Origin: Pseudomonas aeruginosa
GTDB lineage: Bacteria > Pseudomonadota > Gammaproteobacteria > Pseudomonadales > Pseudomonadaceae
DNA length: 32,000 bases
NCBI RefSeq assembly: GCF_001457615.1
Contig: NZ_LN831024.1
Location: forward strand, 5,880,001-5,912,000
Direction: 5' to 3'
The position numbers and the translations under genes were made by a program. A model generated the notes under the pieces. It saw nothing but the letters and a program-made list of their open reading frames with translations, was not told the origin of the DNA and made no database searches. Below are positions 7,407 through 15,125 of this stretch, one piece after another; position 1 is the first letter of the stretch, and each line of letters opens with the position of its first letter.

Positions 7407-7616
7407 CCAGTCATAGCAGGGGCAAACCGGCCCCTTTGGTGAATGAAATGGTGTGGAGGGATGGTCACAGAACATTGCTCCAGCGTCGAGACTGCAAACG
7501 TTCAATCAGAAATGTCCCATCCAGCGCTTCCTGTTCGCCTCACGCCATGTCATGGATTGTCGCACCGGGCTCGCTTTGCTAGCGTGCCGGACATCAATTC
7601 CATCCGAGATTTCCAG

Positions 7617-8174
7617 ATGCGCCCGTCGTTCGCCAGTTGGGGCCTGCTTGCCCTCCTGCTCCTGCAAGGCCCGTTGCTCCAGGCCCAGCCGCTGTCACCG
7701 GCTCTCCAGCAACTGTTGAGCCTGAGCAGCCAGCGTTTGCAACTAGCCGATCAGGTAGCCCAGAGCAAGGCCCAGTCGGGCAAGGCGGTACAGGACAGCC
7801 CGCGGGAAGAACAACAGTTGCAGATGCTCGCCGGACAAGCCGGGAGCCACGGGGTCGGCGCCGAGCAGGTGCGCCTGCTGTTCGCCGCGCAGATCGAGGC
7901 GAACAAGCTGGTCCAGTACCGCCTGCTCAGCCGGCCGCTACCGGACGCTGGCCAGGCGGTCGACCTGGAGCGCATCCGCAGCCGCCTCAATCAGCTCAAC
8001 CTGGAGCTGCTGCGCGGCTACGCCCCGGCGCTCGCCGAACTGCGCGTCGACGACTGCCGGCCGAGGCTCAACCAGGCGCTGCAACGGCAGGTACGCGACG
8101 ATCGCCTGGACGAGCTGCATGCCATCGCCCTGTCACGGGCGGCGGGCGATCTCTGTCACTGGGCCGCGCTCTGA
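7617..8174 (+). CDS. aroQ: Periplasmic (signal-peptide-bearing) AroQ-class chorismate mutase
   Basis: Track ORF 7443..8174, trimmed to the ATG at 7617. Signal peptide [23 protein letters not shown]|QP, followed by a CM_2-like helical domain ([39 protein letters not shown]...[13 protein letters not shown]). The gene symbol is from my recollection of the P. aeruginosa periplasmic *AroQ. Confidence 0.75.
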   Translation: MRPSFASWGLLALLLLQGPLLQAQPLSPALQQLLSLSSQRLQLADQVAQSKAQSGKAVQDSPREEQQLQMLAGQAGSHGVGAEQVRLLFAAQIEANKLVQYRLLSRPLPDAGQAVDLERIRSRLNQLNLELLRGYAPALAELRVDDCRPRLNQALQRQVRDDRLDELHAIALSRAAGDLCHWAAL

Positions 8175-8599
8175 AGCGCGGCCAGCGCATCGCGTAGTTC
8201 CTGCGGAATGGCCACCGGGCGGCTGCTTCGGCGCTCCACGAAGACATGCACGAAACGCCCGGCCGCGCAGGCCTCCCGCTGCCCTTCGAGGAACAAGGCC
8301 AGTTCGTACTGCACCGAGCTGTTGCCCAGGCGCGCCACCCGCAGGCCCATCTCGATCCGCTGGGGGAAGGCCACCGGCGCGAAATAGTCGCAGCTGGAAC
8401 TGACCACCAGGCCGATCACTTCGCCGCCCTGGATATCCAGGCCGCCGCGCTCGATCAGGTAGGTATTCACCGCCGTGTCGAAGAACGCATAGTAGGTCAC
8501 GTTGTTCACGTGTCCGTAGATGTCGTTGTCGTGCCAGCGCGTGGTGATCGGCTGGAAATGAAGGTACTGCTCGCGCAGCGGTCGCGGGGCGGTCGCCAT
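8156..8599 (-). CDS. 4HBT/YbgC-like acyl-CoA thioesterase
   Basis: Track ORF 8156..8653, trimmed to the ATG at 8599 ([48 protein letters not shown]). The hotdog-fold catalytic Asp region is [10 protein letters not shown]. It starts 22 nt after the upstream ADH stop. Confidence 0.85.
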   Translation of the reverse strand: MATAPRPLREQYLHFQPITTRWHDNDIYGHVNNVTYYAFFDTAVNTYLIERGGLDIQGGEVIGLVVSSSCDYFAPVAFPQRIEMGLRVARLGNSSVQYELALFLEGQREACAAGRFVHVFVERRSSRPVAIPQELRDALAALQSAAQ

Positions 8600-8621
8600 G
8601 CCCGGTCCTCGTAGAAGGGAT

Positions 8622-9785
8622 TCAGTATGCCGCGCGATAGATCGCCAGGGCATCCGCCTCGCCGACCTCGCGCGGGTTGTTGACCAGCAGACGCTGCTGG
8701 AGCATCGCGTCGGCGGCCAGGCGCGGCAGCATCGCCTCGTCCACCCCGGCGTCGCGCAAGCGGCTCGGCAGGCCGTTGCGCGGACTGAGCTGGGCCAGTT
8801 CGTCGATCAGCTGCACGGTAAGCGCGTCGCGATCGCCCGGACGCAAGCGGTCGCCCAGCAGCAGCGGCGCCAGCTCGGCATAGAGTCCAGCGGCAGCGGG
8901 AGCGTTGAAACGGATCACCTCCGGTAGCACCAGCGCATTGCTCAGGCCGTGGGGAATGTGGAAATGCCCTCCCAGCGGATAGGCCAGGGCATGCACCGCC
9001 GCCACCGGCGCATTGGCGAAGGCCTGCCCGGCCAGGCAGGCGCCCAGCAGCATGGCCTGGCGCGCCTCGCGGTCGCCGCCGTCGCCTACCGCGCGTTCCA
9101 GGTTGGCCGCCAGCAGGCGCAACGCCTCCCGCGCCAGCAGGTCGGACAGCGGGTTCTTCTTCAGTTTGCTGGTATAGCTCTCGATCGCATGCACCATCGC
9201 GTCGATACCGGTCGCCGCGGTGACCGCCGGCGGCAAGCCGAGGGTCAGGTCGGCGTCGAGCAGCGCCAGGTCGGGCAGCAAGTGGGGCGAGACCACGCCC
9301 ATCTTGGTGGTCTCGCCGGTGGTGACGATGGCGATCGGCGTCACCTCGGAGCCGGTCCCGGCGGTGGTCGGCACCTGGATCAGCGGCAGGCGCGGCCCGC
9401 GTGCGTTGCCGACCCCGAAGACCTCGCCGAGCCCCTGCCCTGCTTCTGGGTGGGCGAGCAGCGCGACCAGCTTGGCTACGTCCATGGAGCTGCCGCCGCC
9501 GAAACCGACCACCAGCTCGGCAGCCATGCCCCGCGCCCGCCCGAGCGCGGCCTCGACCACCGCCTCGGGCGGATCGGCGAGCACCTGGTCGTACACCTCG
9601 ACGGCCAGGCCCAGGCGCGGGAAGCCGGGCAGGATCGCATCCAGCAAGCCGAGCCGGGTGATCCCCGGGTCGGTCACGATCAACACGCGGCGCGCCCTTC
9701 GCTCGCGGCAGAGTTCCGCCAGGCGGATGGCGGAGCCGGCCTCGCAGAGGATCTGCGCGGTAGTGGCGAAACTGAAAGCTTGCAT
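8622..9785 (-). CDS. Iron-containing (group III) alcohol dehydrogenase
   Basis: Track ORF 8622..10121, trimmed to the ATG at 9785 (MQAFSFATTAQILCEAGSAIRLAELC...), with GGGAGA upstream. Contains the GFGGGSSMDVAK dinucleotide motif and the His-rich metal site (HAIESY ... HALAYPLGGHFHIPHG). Confidence 0.9.
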   Translation of the reverse strand: MQAFSFATTAQILCEAGSAIRLAELCRERRARRVLIVTDPGITRLGLLDAILPGFPRLGLAVEVYDQVLADPPEAVVEAALGRARGMAAELVVGFGGGSSMDVAKLVALLAHPEAGQGLGEVFGVGNARGPRLPLIQVPTTAGTGSEVTPIAIVTTGETTKMGVVSPHLLPDLALLDADLTLGLPPAVTAATGIDAMVHAIESYTSKLKKNPLSDLLAREALRLLAANLERAVGDGGDREARQAMLLGACLAGQAFANAPVAAVHALAYPLGGHFHIPHGLSNALVLPEVIRFNAPAAAGLYAELAPLLLGDRLRPGDRDALTVQLIDELAQLSPRNGLPSRLRDAGVDEAMLPRLAADAMLQQRLLVNNPREVGEADALAIYRAAY

Positions 9786-9811
9786 ATCGGTCTCCCTGGG
9801 CGAGACGCCCG

Positions 9812-11602
9812 TCAGAACGAGAAATGCTCCTCGGGCAGGGCCATCAGGCAGTCGGCGCCACCGAGCAAGGCTTCGCGGTGCATGCTCGCCCGCGGCAGGA
9901 TGCGCCGCAGGTAGAAATCGGCGCTGCGCAGCTTGGCCCGATAGAAATCGCCCTCGCCGGAGCCGCCGTCCAGCGCTTCCTGGGCTCGTGCCGCGGCTTG
10001 CAACCAGAGGGCCGCGAGCAATACGTAGGCGCTGTACTGGAGGAAGTCCACCGAAGTGGCGCCGATCTCCTGGGGATCGCGGGCGCAGGCCTCGAGTACC
10101 TGGCCGGTGAGCTGCCGCCACTCCTCCAGGCGTTGCAGCACCGGCTCAGCCAGTGGCGCCAGCGCAGCACGCCCTTGCAGCGCCTCGCTGGCCACCGCCA
10201 GTTCGCCTTGCAGCGCCAGCAGTTCGCCGCCCTGGTCGCCGAGCAGCTTGCGGCGGACCAGATCGAGCGCCTGGATGCCATTGGTGCCTTCGTATATCTG
10301 GGTGATGCGACTGTCGCGCATCAATTGCTCCATGCCCCATTCGCGGATGAAACCGTGACCGCCATAGACCTGTACGCCGAGGCTGGCGACTTCCTGGCCG
10401 ACATCGGTAAGGAAGGCCTTGACGATGGGGATCAGCAGCGCTGCACGGCGCGTCGCCGCGCGCCGGCCGTCGGCATCCGGATGGCCGTGTTCCAGGTCGA
10501 GCTGGCGTGCGCAGCAGGCCGCCAGCATGCGGCAGCCTTCGACCAGGGTCTTCTGGGTCAGCAGCATGCGCCGCACGTCGGGGTGCACGATGATCGGGTC
10601 GGCGACCTTGTCCGGTGCCTGCGGGCCGACCAGGGCGCGCGACTGCAGGCGTTCGCGGGCGTAGCCGAGGGCGCCCTGGAAGGCCCGTTCGGCGATACCC
10701 AGGCCCTGCAGGCCGACCTGGAAGCGCGCGTCGTTCATCATCGTGAACATGCAGGCCAGGCCCTGGTTCGCCTGGCCCAGCAGCCAGCCCCTGGCGCCGT
10801 CGAAGTTCATCACGCAGGTGGAGGCGCCCTTGATCCCCATCTTGTGCTCGATGGCGCCGCACCCCAGGCTGTTGCGCTCGCCCAGGGAGCCATCGGGATT
10901 GGCGACGAACTTCGGCACCAGGAACAGACTGATGCCCTTCACCCCGGCCGGCGCGTCCGCCAGGCGCGCCAGCACCAGGTGGACGATGTTCTCGGTGAGG
11001 TCCTGCTCGCCACCGCTGATGAAGATCTTGCTGCCGCTGATCGCGTAGCTGCCGTCGGCCTGCGCCTCGGCGCGGGTGCGCAGGAGGGCGAGGTCGGTGC
11101 CGGCCTGGGGTTCGGTCAGGCACATGGTGCCGGCCCATTCGCCGCTCACCAGCTTGCCCAGGTAGTCGCGCCGCAACGCCTCGTCGCCATGCTTGTACAG
11201 GGCCAGCACGGCGCCCTCGGTCAGCCCCGAATAGACGCGGAAGGACAGGCTGGCGGCCATCAGCATCTCGTGGAAGCACGCGGAGACCATCTGCGGGAAG
11301 CCCTGGCCGCCGTACTCGGTGGGTCCGGTCATGCTCGCCCAGCCGTTCTCGCTGTACTGCCGGTAGGCTTCGCGAAAGCCGGTGGGGGTGGACACCACGC
11401 CGTCCTTCAGCTTCGCGCCTTCCTCGTCGCTGTTGCGATTGAGCGGCGCCACCACCTGGCCGGTGTAGCGCGCGCCTTCCTCGAGCACGCCGTCGATCAG
11501 TTCGCGATCGATGCCGTTGCCCAGCAGTTCGCAATGCGCGCCGACATCGAACAGTTCATGGAGAACGAAGCGCATGTCGCGCAAGGGGGCCTGGTAATCC
11601 AT
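9812..11602 (-). CDS. Long (596 aa) acyl-CoA dehydrogenase with a C-terminal extension domain
   Basis: The N-terminus MDYQAPLRDMRFVLHELFDV is followed by the canonical ACAD core (CLTEPQAGTDL, ISGGE, YEGTNGIQALDL) and about 150 extra C-terminal residues. Its start codon abuts the stop of the upstream gene (11604). Confidence 0.9.
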   Translation of the reverse strand: MDYQAPLRDMRFVLHELFDVGAHCELLGNGIDRELIDGVLEEGARYTGQVVAPLNRNSDEEGAKLKDGVVSTPTGFREAYRQYSENGWASMTGPTEYGGQGFPQMVSACFHEMLMAASLSFRVYSGLTEGAVLALYKHGDEALRRDYLGKLVSGEWAGTMCLTEPQAGTDLALLRTRAEAQADGSYAISGSKIFISGGEQDLTENIVHLVLARLADAPAGVKGISLFLVPKFVANPDGSLGERNSLGCGAIEHKMGIKGASTCVMNFDGARGWLLGQANQGLACMFTMMNDARFQVGLQGLGIAERAFQGALGYARERLQSRALVGPQAPDKVADPIIVHPDVRRMLLTQKTLVEGCRMLAACCARQLDLEHGHPDADGRRAATRRAALLIPIVKAFLTDVGQEVASLGVQVYGGHGFIREWGMEQLMRDSRITQIYEGTNGIQALDLVRRKLLGDQGGELLALQGELAVASEALQGRAALAPLAEPVLQRLEEWRQLTGQVLEACARDPQEIGATSVDFLQYSAYVLLAALWLQAAARAQEALDGGSGEGDFYRAKLRSADFYLRRILPRASMHREALLGGADCLMALPEEHFSF

Positions 11603-11603
11603 C

Positions 11604-12839
11604 TCAGCGCGCCTCCTGCAGGTCGGCGAAGGCTCCGCCCTCGGCGGCCAGGCGCTCGACCAGGGACGCCGGCTTCCAGCGTGCGCCGTGGCGCTGTTCG
11701 AGGAAACGCAAGCGTTGCAGCAGCTCGGCCGCGCCGAGGCGATCGGCCCAGGCCATGGGACCGCCCTCCGCGGCGGGGAAGCCGTAGCCGTTCAGGTAGA
11801 CAGTGTCGATGTCGGCACTACGGGCGGCGATACCCTCGTCGAGGATCTTCGCGCCCTCGTTGACCAGCGCCAGCAGGCAACGCTCGAGGATTTCCTCGTC
11901 GGCGAAATCGCGCCGCGGGTAGCCCAGCGTTTCGGCAACCCGGAGCACCAGGGCATCCACCTCGGTATCGTGCTCCGCCTGGCGGCTACCCGGCGCGTAG
12001 CGGTAGTAGCCGGCACCGCTCTTCTGGCCGAAGCGGCCCATCTCGCAAAGGCGGTTGTCCACCTGCACGGCCGGCTGGTCCTGGCCGACCCCGGCCAACT
12101 CGCGGGCGCGCCACTCAAGGTCGATACCGACCACGTCGTACATGCGGAACGGCCCCATGGCGAAACCGAACGCCTGGAGAGCCCGGTCCACCTGGTACGG
12201 CAGGGCGCCTTCCAGCAGCATCAGGCGGGCCTCGGTGGCGTAGGGTTCGAGCATGCGGTTGCCGATGAAGCCGTGGCAGTTGCCGGCCACCACGCTGACC
12301 TTGCCCATCCGCTCGCCCAGCGCCAGGGCCTCCTCCAGCACCGCCGGCGCGGTCTGCGCGCCGCGCACGATCTCCAGCAGCCGCATGATGTGCGCCGGGC
12401 TGAAGAAGTGCAGGCCGAGCACCTGACCCGGACGCGCGGTGACCGCGGCGATGGCGTCGATGTCCAGGTAGGAGGTATTGCTGGCCAGCACCGCGGAGGG
12501 CTTCAGCGCCGCGTCCAGCTCGCGGAAGATCGATTGCTTGAGTTCCAGGTTCTCGTAGACCGCCTCGATCACCAGGTCCGCCTCGCGCATCGCGGCGAGG
12601 TGCTGGACCGGCGTGATGCGGGCGCGGCGCGCGGCCGCTTCCTTTTCGCCGATGCGCCCCTGGCGCACGTTGTGCGCGTAGGTGTCGGCCACGGCGCCGA
12701 GCGCCTGGTTGAGCATCTGCGGGTTGCTGTCCAGCCACTGCACGTCGAGACCGGCGTTGGCCAGGCACATGACGATACCGCGACCCATGGTGCCGGCGCC
12801 GATCACCGCGGCCTGGCGGAAGGAAAAGTTCTGGCTCAT
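11604..12839 (-). CDS. 3-hydroxyacyl-CoA dehydrogenase (NAD-binding plus duplicated C-terminal domain; no hydratase domain)
   Basis: Track ORF 11604..12908, trimmed to the ATG at 12839 (MSQNFSFRQAAVIGAGTMGRGIVMC). It has a Rossmann GAGTMG motif, a 3HCDH signature region (HFFSPAHIMRLLEIV), and a second 3HCDH_C-like repeat. Confidence 0.9.
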   Translation of the reverse strand: MSQNFSFRQAAVIGAGTMGRGIVMCLANAGLDVQWLDSNPQMLNQALGAVADTYAHNVRQGRIGEKEAAARRARITPVQHLAAMREADLVIEAVYENLELKQSIFRELDAALKPSAVLASNTSYLDIDAIAAVTARPGQVLGLHFFSPAHIMRLLEIVRGAQTAPAVLEEALALGERMGKVSVVAGNCHGFIGNRMLEPYATEARLMLLEGALPYQVDRALQAFGFAMGPFRMYDVVGIDLEWRARELAGVGQDQPAVQVDNRLCEMGRFGQKSGAGYYRYAPGSRQAEHDTEVDALVLRVAETLGYPRRDFADEEILERCLLALVNEGAKILDEGIAARSADIDTVYLNGYGFPAAEGGPMAWADRLGAAELLQRLRFLEQRHGARWKPASLVERLAAEGGAFADLQEAR

Positions 12840-12939
12840 GGTCTTGTCCTCGTTGTAGCGAGCGCAGGAGGAACGGTGGACGAAACCTGGGGCAGTCCGA
12901 CCGCACAAAAAGCGACCACTACCTTAGGGGAAGGTCGTA

Positions 12940-12956
12940 CTATTTTTGAAATTTAG
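12940..12956. promoter_or_regulatory. AT-rich imperfect dyad; candidate LysR-type operator in the divergent promoter region
   Basis: CTATTTTTGAAATTTAG has 12 of 16 symmetric positions (CTA..TTT.G.AAA..TAG). It sits in the only AT-rich patch between the operon start (12839) and the LysR gene. Confidence 0.35.
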
Positions 12957-12981
12957 TCTTGTGATAGCTGGAATTCAGGCA

Positions 12982-13890
12982 GTGAATATCCAAACCTTCG
13001 ACCTCAACCTGCTACGCGTCCTTGACGCGCTGCTGCGCGAACGCAACGTCTCGCGCGCGGCGGAGCGCCTGGCGCTGAGCCAGCCGGCAGTGAGCAATGC
13101 GCTGAACCGCCTGCGCGAGCTGCTCGACGACCCGCTGCTGGTCCGCGCCGGTCGTGCGATGCAGCCGACGCCCCGGGCGCTGGCGCTGGAAGCGCCGATC
13201 CGCGCGGCGCTGCGGCAGATCGAACAGAGCCTGGGCGACGGCGAGGGCTTCGATCCGGGGCGCAGCCGGCAGCGCTTCACCGTAGCGGTGACCGACTACG
13301 TCGAACTGATCTGCATGCCCGCCCTGATGCGCCGCCTGAGTGAGCGGGCGCCGGGAATCTCCATCGCCATCCAGCACCTGACCCCGACCTTGCCGGCCGA
13401 GGCGCTGGACAAAGGCGAACTGGACCTGGTGCTAGGCCGCTTCGAAAACGTCCCGGCGCGCTTCCAGCGCCGCCATTGGGCCAGCGAGACCCTGCAACTG
13501 GTCGCCCGGCGTCAGCACCCGCTGCTGGCGCAGGCTCCCGACCTGGCCACCTTCCTGGAGCTGCAGCACCTGTGGGTGCACGGCGGGCAGACCAAGGGGA
13601 TGGTCGACCAGTGGCTGGGCAGCCAGGGGCTCAAGCGGCAAGTGGCCTACACCACGCCGAACTACCTGCAGGCAGCGCACATCGCCGCGTACAGCGACCT
13701 GGTCGGCGTCCTGCCGCGACAACTGGCGCACTACTTCGAACGATTGCTGCCCCTGCAATCGTTCGACCTGCCGTTCGACCTCGGCCCGTTCCACCTGGAA
13801 CTGGTGTTTCTGGCCCAGCGCGAACGCGACATCGCCCTGCAATGGCTGGTCGAACAGATCCGCCAGGTCGGGGCCGCCGGACCGGACTAG
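12982..13890 (+). CDS. LysR-family transcriptional regulator, divergent from the acyl-CoA operon
   Basis: The track ORF starts at TTG 12946. I prefer the in-frame GTG at 12982 (VNIQTFDLNLLRVLDALLRERNVSRAAERLALSQPAVSNALNRLRE), because the TTG lies inside the candidate operator. The start remains uncertain (12946 or 12982). Confidence 0.85.
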   Translation: MNIQTFDLNLLRVLDALLRERNVSRAAERLALSQPAVSNALNRLRELLDDPLLVRAGRAMQPTPRALALEAPIRAALRQIEQSLGDGEGFDPGRSRQRFTVAVTDYVELICMPALMRRLSERAPGISIAIQHLTPTLPAEALDKGELDLVLGRFENVPARFQRRHWASETLQLVARRQHPLLAQAPDLATFLELQHLWVHGGQTKGMVDQWLGSQGLKRQVAYTTPNYLQAAHIAAYSDLVGVLPRQLAHYFERLLPLQSFDLPFDLGPFHLELVFLAQRERDIALQWLVEQIRQVGAAGPD

Positions 13891-13904
13891 GGGAATCCGG
13901 GCAG

Positions 13905-14507
13905 TCAGAAGCGGTCGCGAATGACCAGTTCTTCCCGCGGCAGCTTGCCGCTGCGCGGCCAGGGTTCAACGGCCTTTTTCCCGACCGCGACCATCAGGCC
14001 GATCACATGGTTGTCCGGCAGGTTGATCAGCCGGGCCACGGCATCGAAGTCGAAACCATCCATCGGACACGAATCCAGGCCCTGGCCGCGGGCGACCAGC
14101 ATCAGGGTCTGCGCCAGCAGGCCGCAGCTGCGCATGGCTTCGTCGCGCTGTACCTGGGGCTTGCCGCGGTAGTAGGTGTCGATGGCGCCTGCCATGAACG
14201 CCTGTACCGCCTCGGGAGCACCGTCCCAGACCCGCTGCGCGTTGCGCTCCCAACTGTCGAGCTGGGCGCACACCACCACCAGCATCGCCGCGTCGGTGAC
14301 CTGCGCCTGGTCCCAGGCCACTTCACGCAACTGCACGCGCAATTGCGGATCGCTGACCTCGACCAGCCGCACGTGTTGCAGGTTGAAGGCGGAAGGCGCA
14401 TGCAGCGCCAGGTCCAGGAGATGGTCCTTCTCTTCGCGAGTCAGGCTGAAGGATGAGTCGTAGCCCTTGATGGCACGGCGACTACGAACGGCGTCTTCGA
14501 TATGCAT
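13905..14507 (-). CDS. NAD(P)H nitroreductase-family flavoprotein
   Basis: 200 aa with a nitroreductase-fold N-terminus (MHIEDAVRSRRAIKGYD...LDLALHAPSAFNLQHVRLV) and a C-terminal PMDGFD motif. Convergent with the LysR gene across a 14 bp gap. Confidence 0.85.
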   Translation of the reverse strand: MHIEDAVRSRRAIKGYDSSFSLTREEKDHLLDLALHAPSAFNLQHVRLVEVSDPQLRVQLREVAWDQAQVTDAAMLVVVCAQLDSWERNAQRVWDGAPEAVQAFMAGAIDTYYRGKPQVQRDEAMRSCGLLAQTLMLVARGQGLDSCPMDGFDFDAVARLINLPDNHVIGLMVAVGKKAVEPWPRSGKLPREELVIRDRF

Positions 14508-14760
14508 GGGGGAAATCCACTGCGAGGGAACAAAGGGGCACCCACTCTAGGGCATTGGCGAGAAGATAAACCAGACTTCAATAAATCCGACGCAGCCCCA
14601 CAGCAGCTACTTACAGAATTAAGACTAGGACTATTCCTAGGAAGGAATTTTCCTAAGGAATTGTCCTATATTCCACTCCAATGCCAGCGTCTGGGAGAGG
14701 GCCCCTCCCGGGACGCACGAACGCAGAAAAATAAGGATGAACTCACGTAGGAGTAAGCTC

Positions 14761-15117
14761 ATGAACAGGATGGGCCAACTGGCTTTGTTCGGTCTTCTTG
14801 TAGGAACTTCCAGCAACCTGTTCGCCGCCCCCGGCAGCATCAGCGGCGTCATCCGCTTCACCGGCGCCATTGTCGAGCCACCATGCTCGATGAGCGCTCC
14901 CCGCCAAGACGAAAGCAAGGGCAGTTTCCACCTCAGTGGCTGTCCCATGCAGGCGCGCACCGCGGATGTCAGCATCCGTTCGATGAAGACCGGCGAGGTG
15001 CGCCACTTGCAACCCAGCGATACGGTCATCGGTGAACGGGATTTCTCGGCGCGCTATGAGCTGGCAGGAAGCGGTCGCCGCTCCGGCAACTACCTGATCA
15101 CCGTCACCTACCCCTGA
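14761..15117 (+). CDS. Orphan, truncated chaperone-usher fimbrial-subunit-like secreted protein
   Basis: Track ORF 14737..15117. I prefer the ATG at 14761, which has AGGAG 7 nt upstream. Signal peptide MNRMGQLALFGLLVGTSSNLFA|AP. Pilin-like motifs are GVIRFTGAIVEPPCS (cf. FimA GTVHFKGEVVNAAC), a second Cys (LSGCP), FSARYELAG (cf. FQARYFATG), and a C-terminal ITVTYP (cf. FKVQYQ). Confidence 0.65.
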   Translation: MNRMGQLALFGLLVGTSSNLFAAPGSISGVIRFTGAIVEPPCSMSAPRQDESKGSFHLSGCPMQARTADVSIRSMKTGEVRHLQPSDTVIGERDFSARYELAGSGRRSGNYLITVTYP

Positions 15118-15125
15118 CGTTCGCC

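Noticed and set aside
8622-10121. The long 5'-extended versions of real genes offered by the ORF track (for example 499 aa for the Fe-ADH; likewise 1020..1589, 5835..6602, 7443..8174, 11604..12908, 16832..17890, 25770..27032, 28865..30199, 30461..31201)
   Set aside because: The extensions are Arg/Pro/Gly-rich, overlap upstream genes or terminators, and lack homology. Internal ATG, GTG or TTG codons with an SD at proper spacing give N-termini colinear with characterised orthologs.
9824-11863. A 679 aa plus-strand ORF antisense to the acyl-CoA dehydrogenase and the 3' end of the hydroxyacyl-CoA dehydrogenase
   Set aside because: A shadow ORF spanning two real genes, with a low-complexity Ala/Gly/Arg/Leu composition and no domain signatures.
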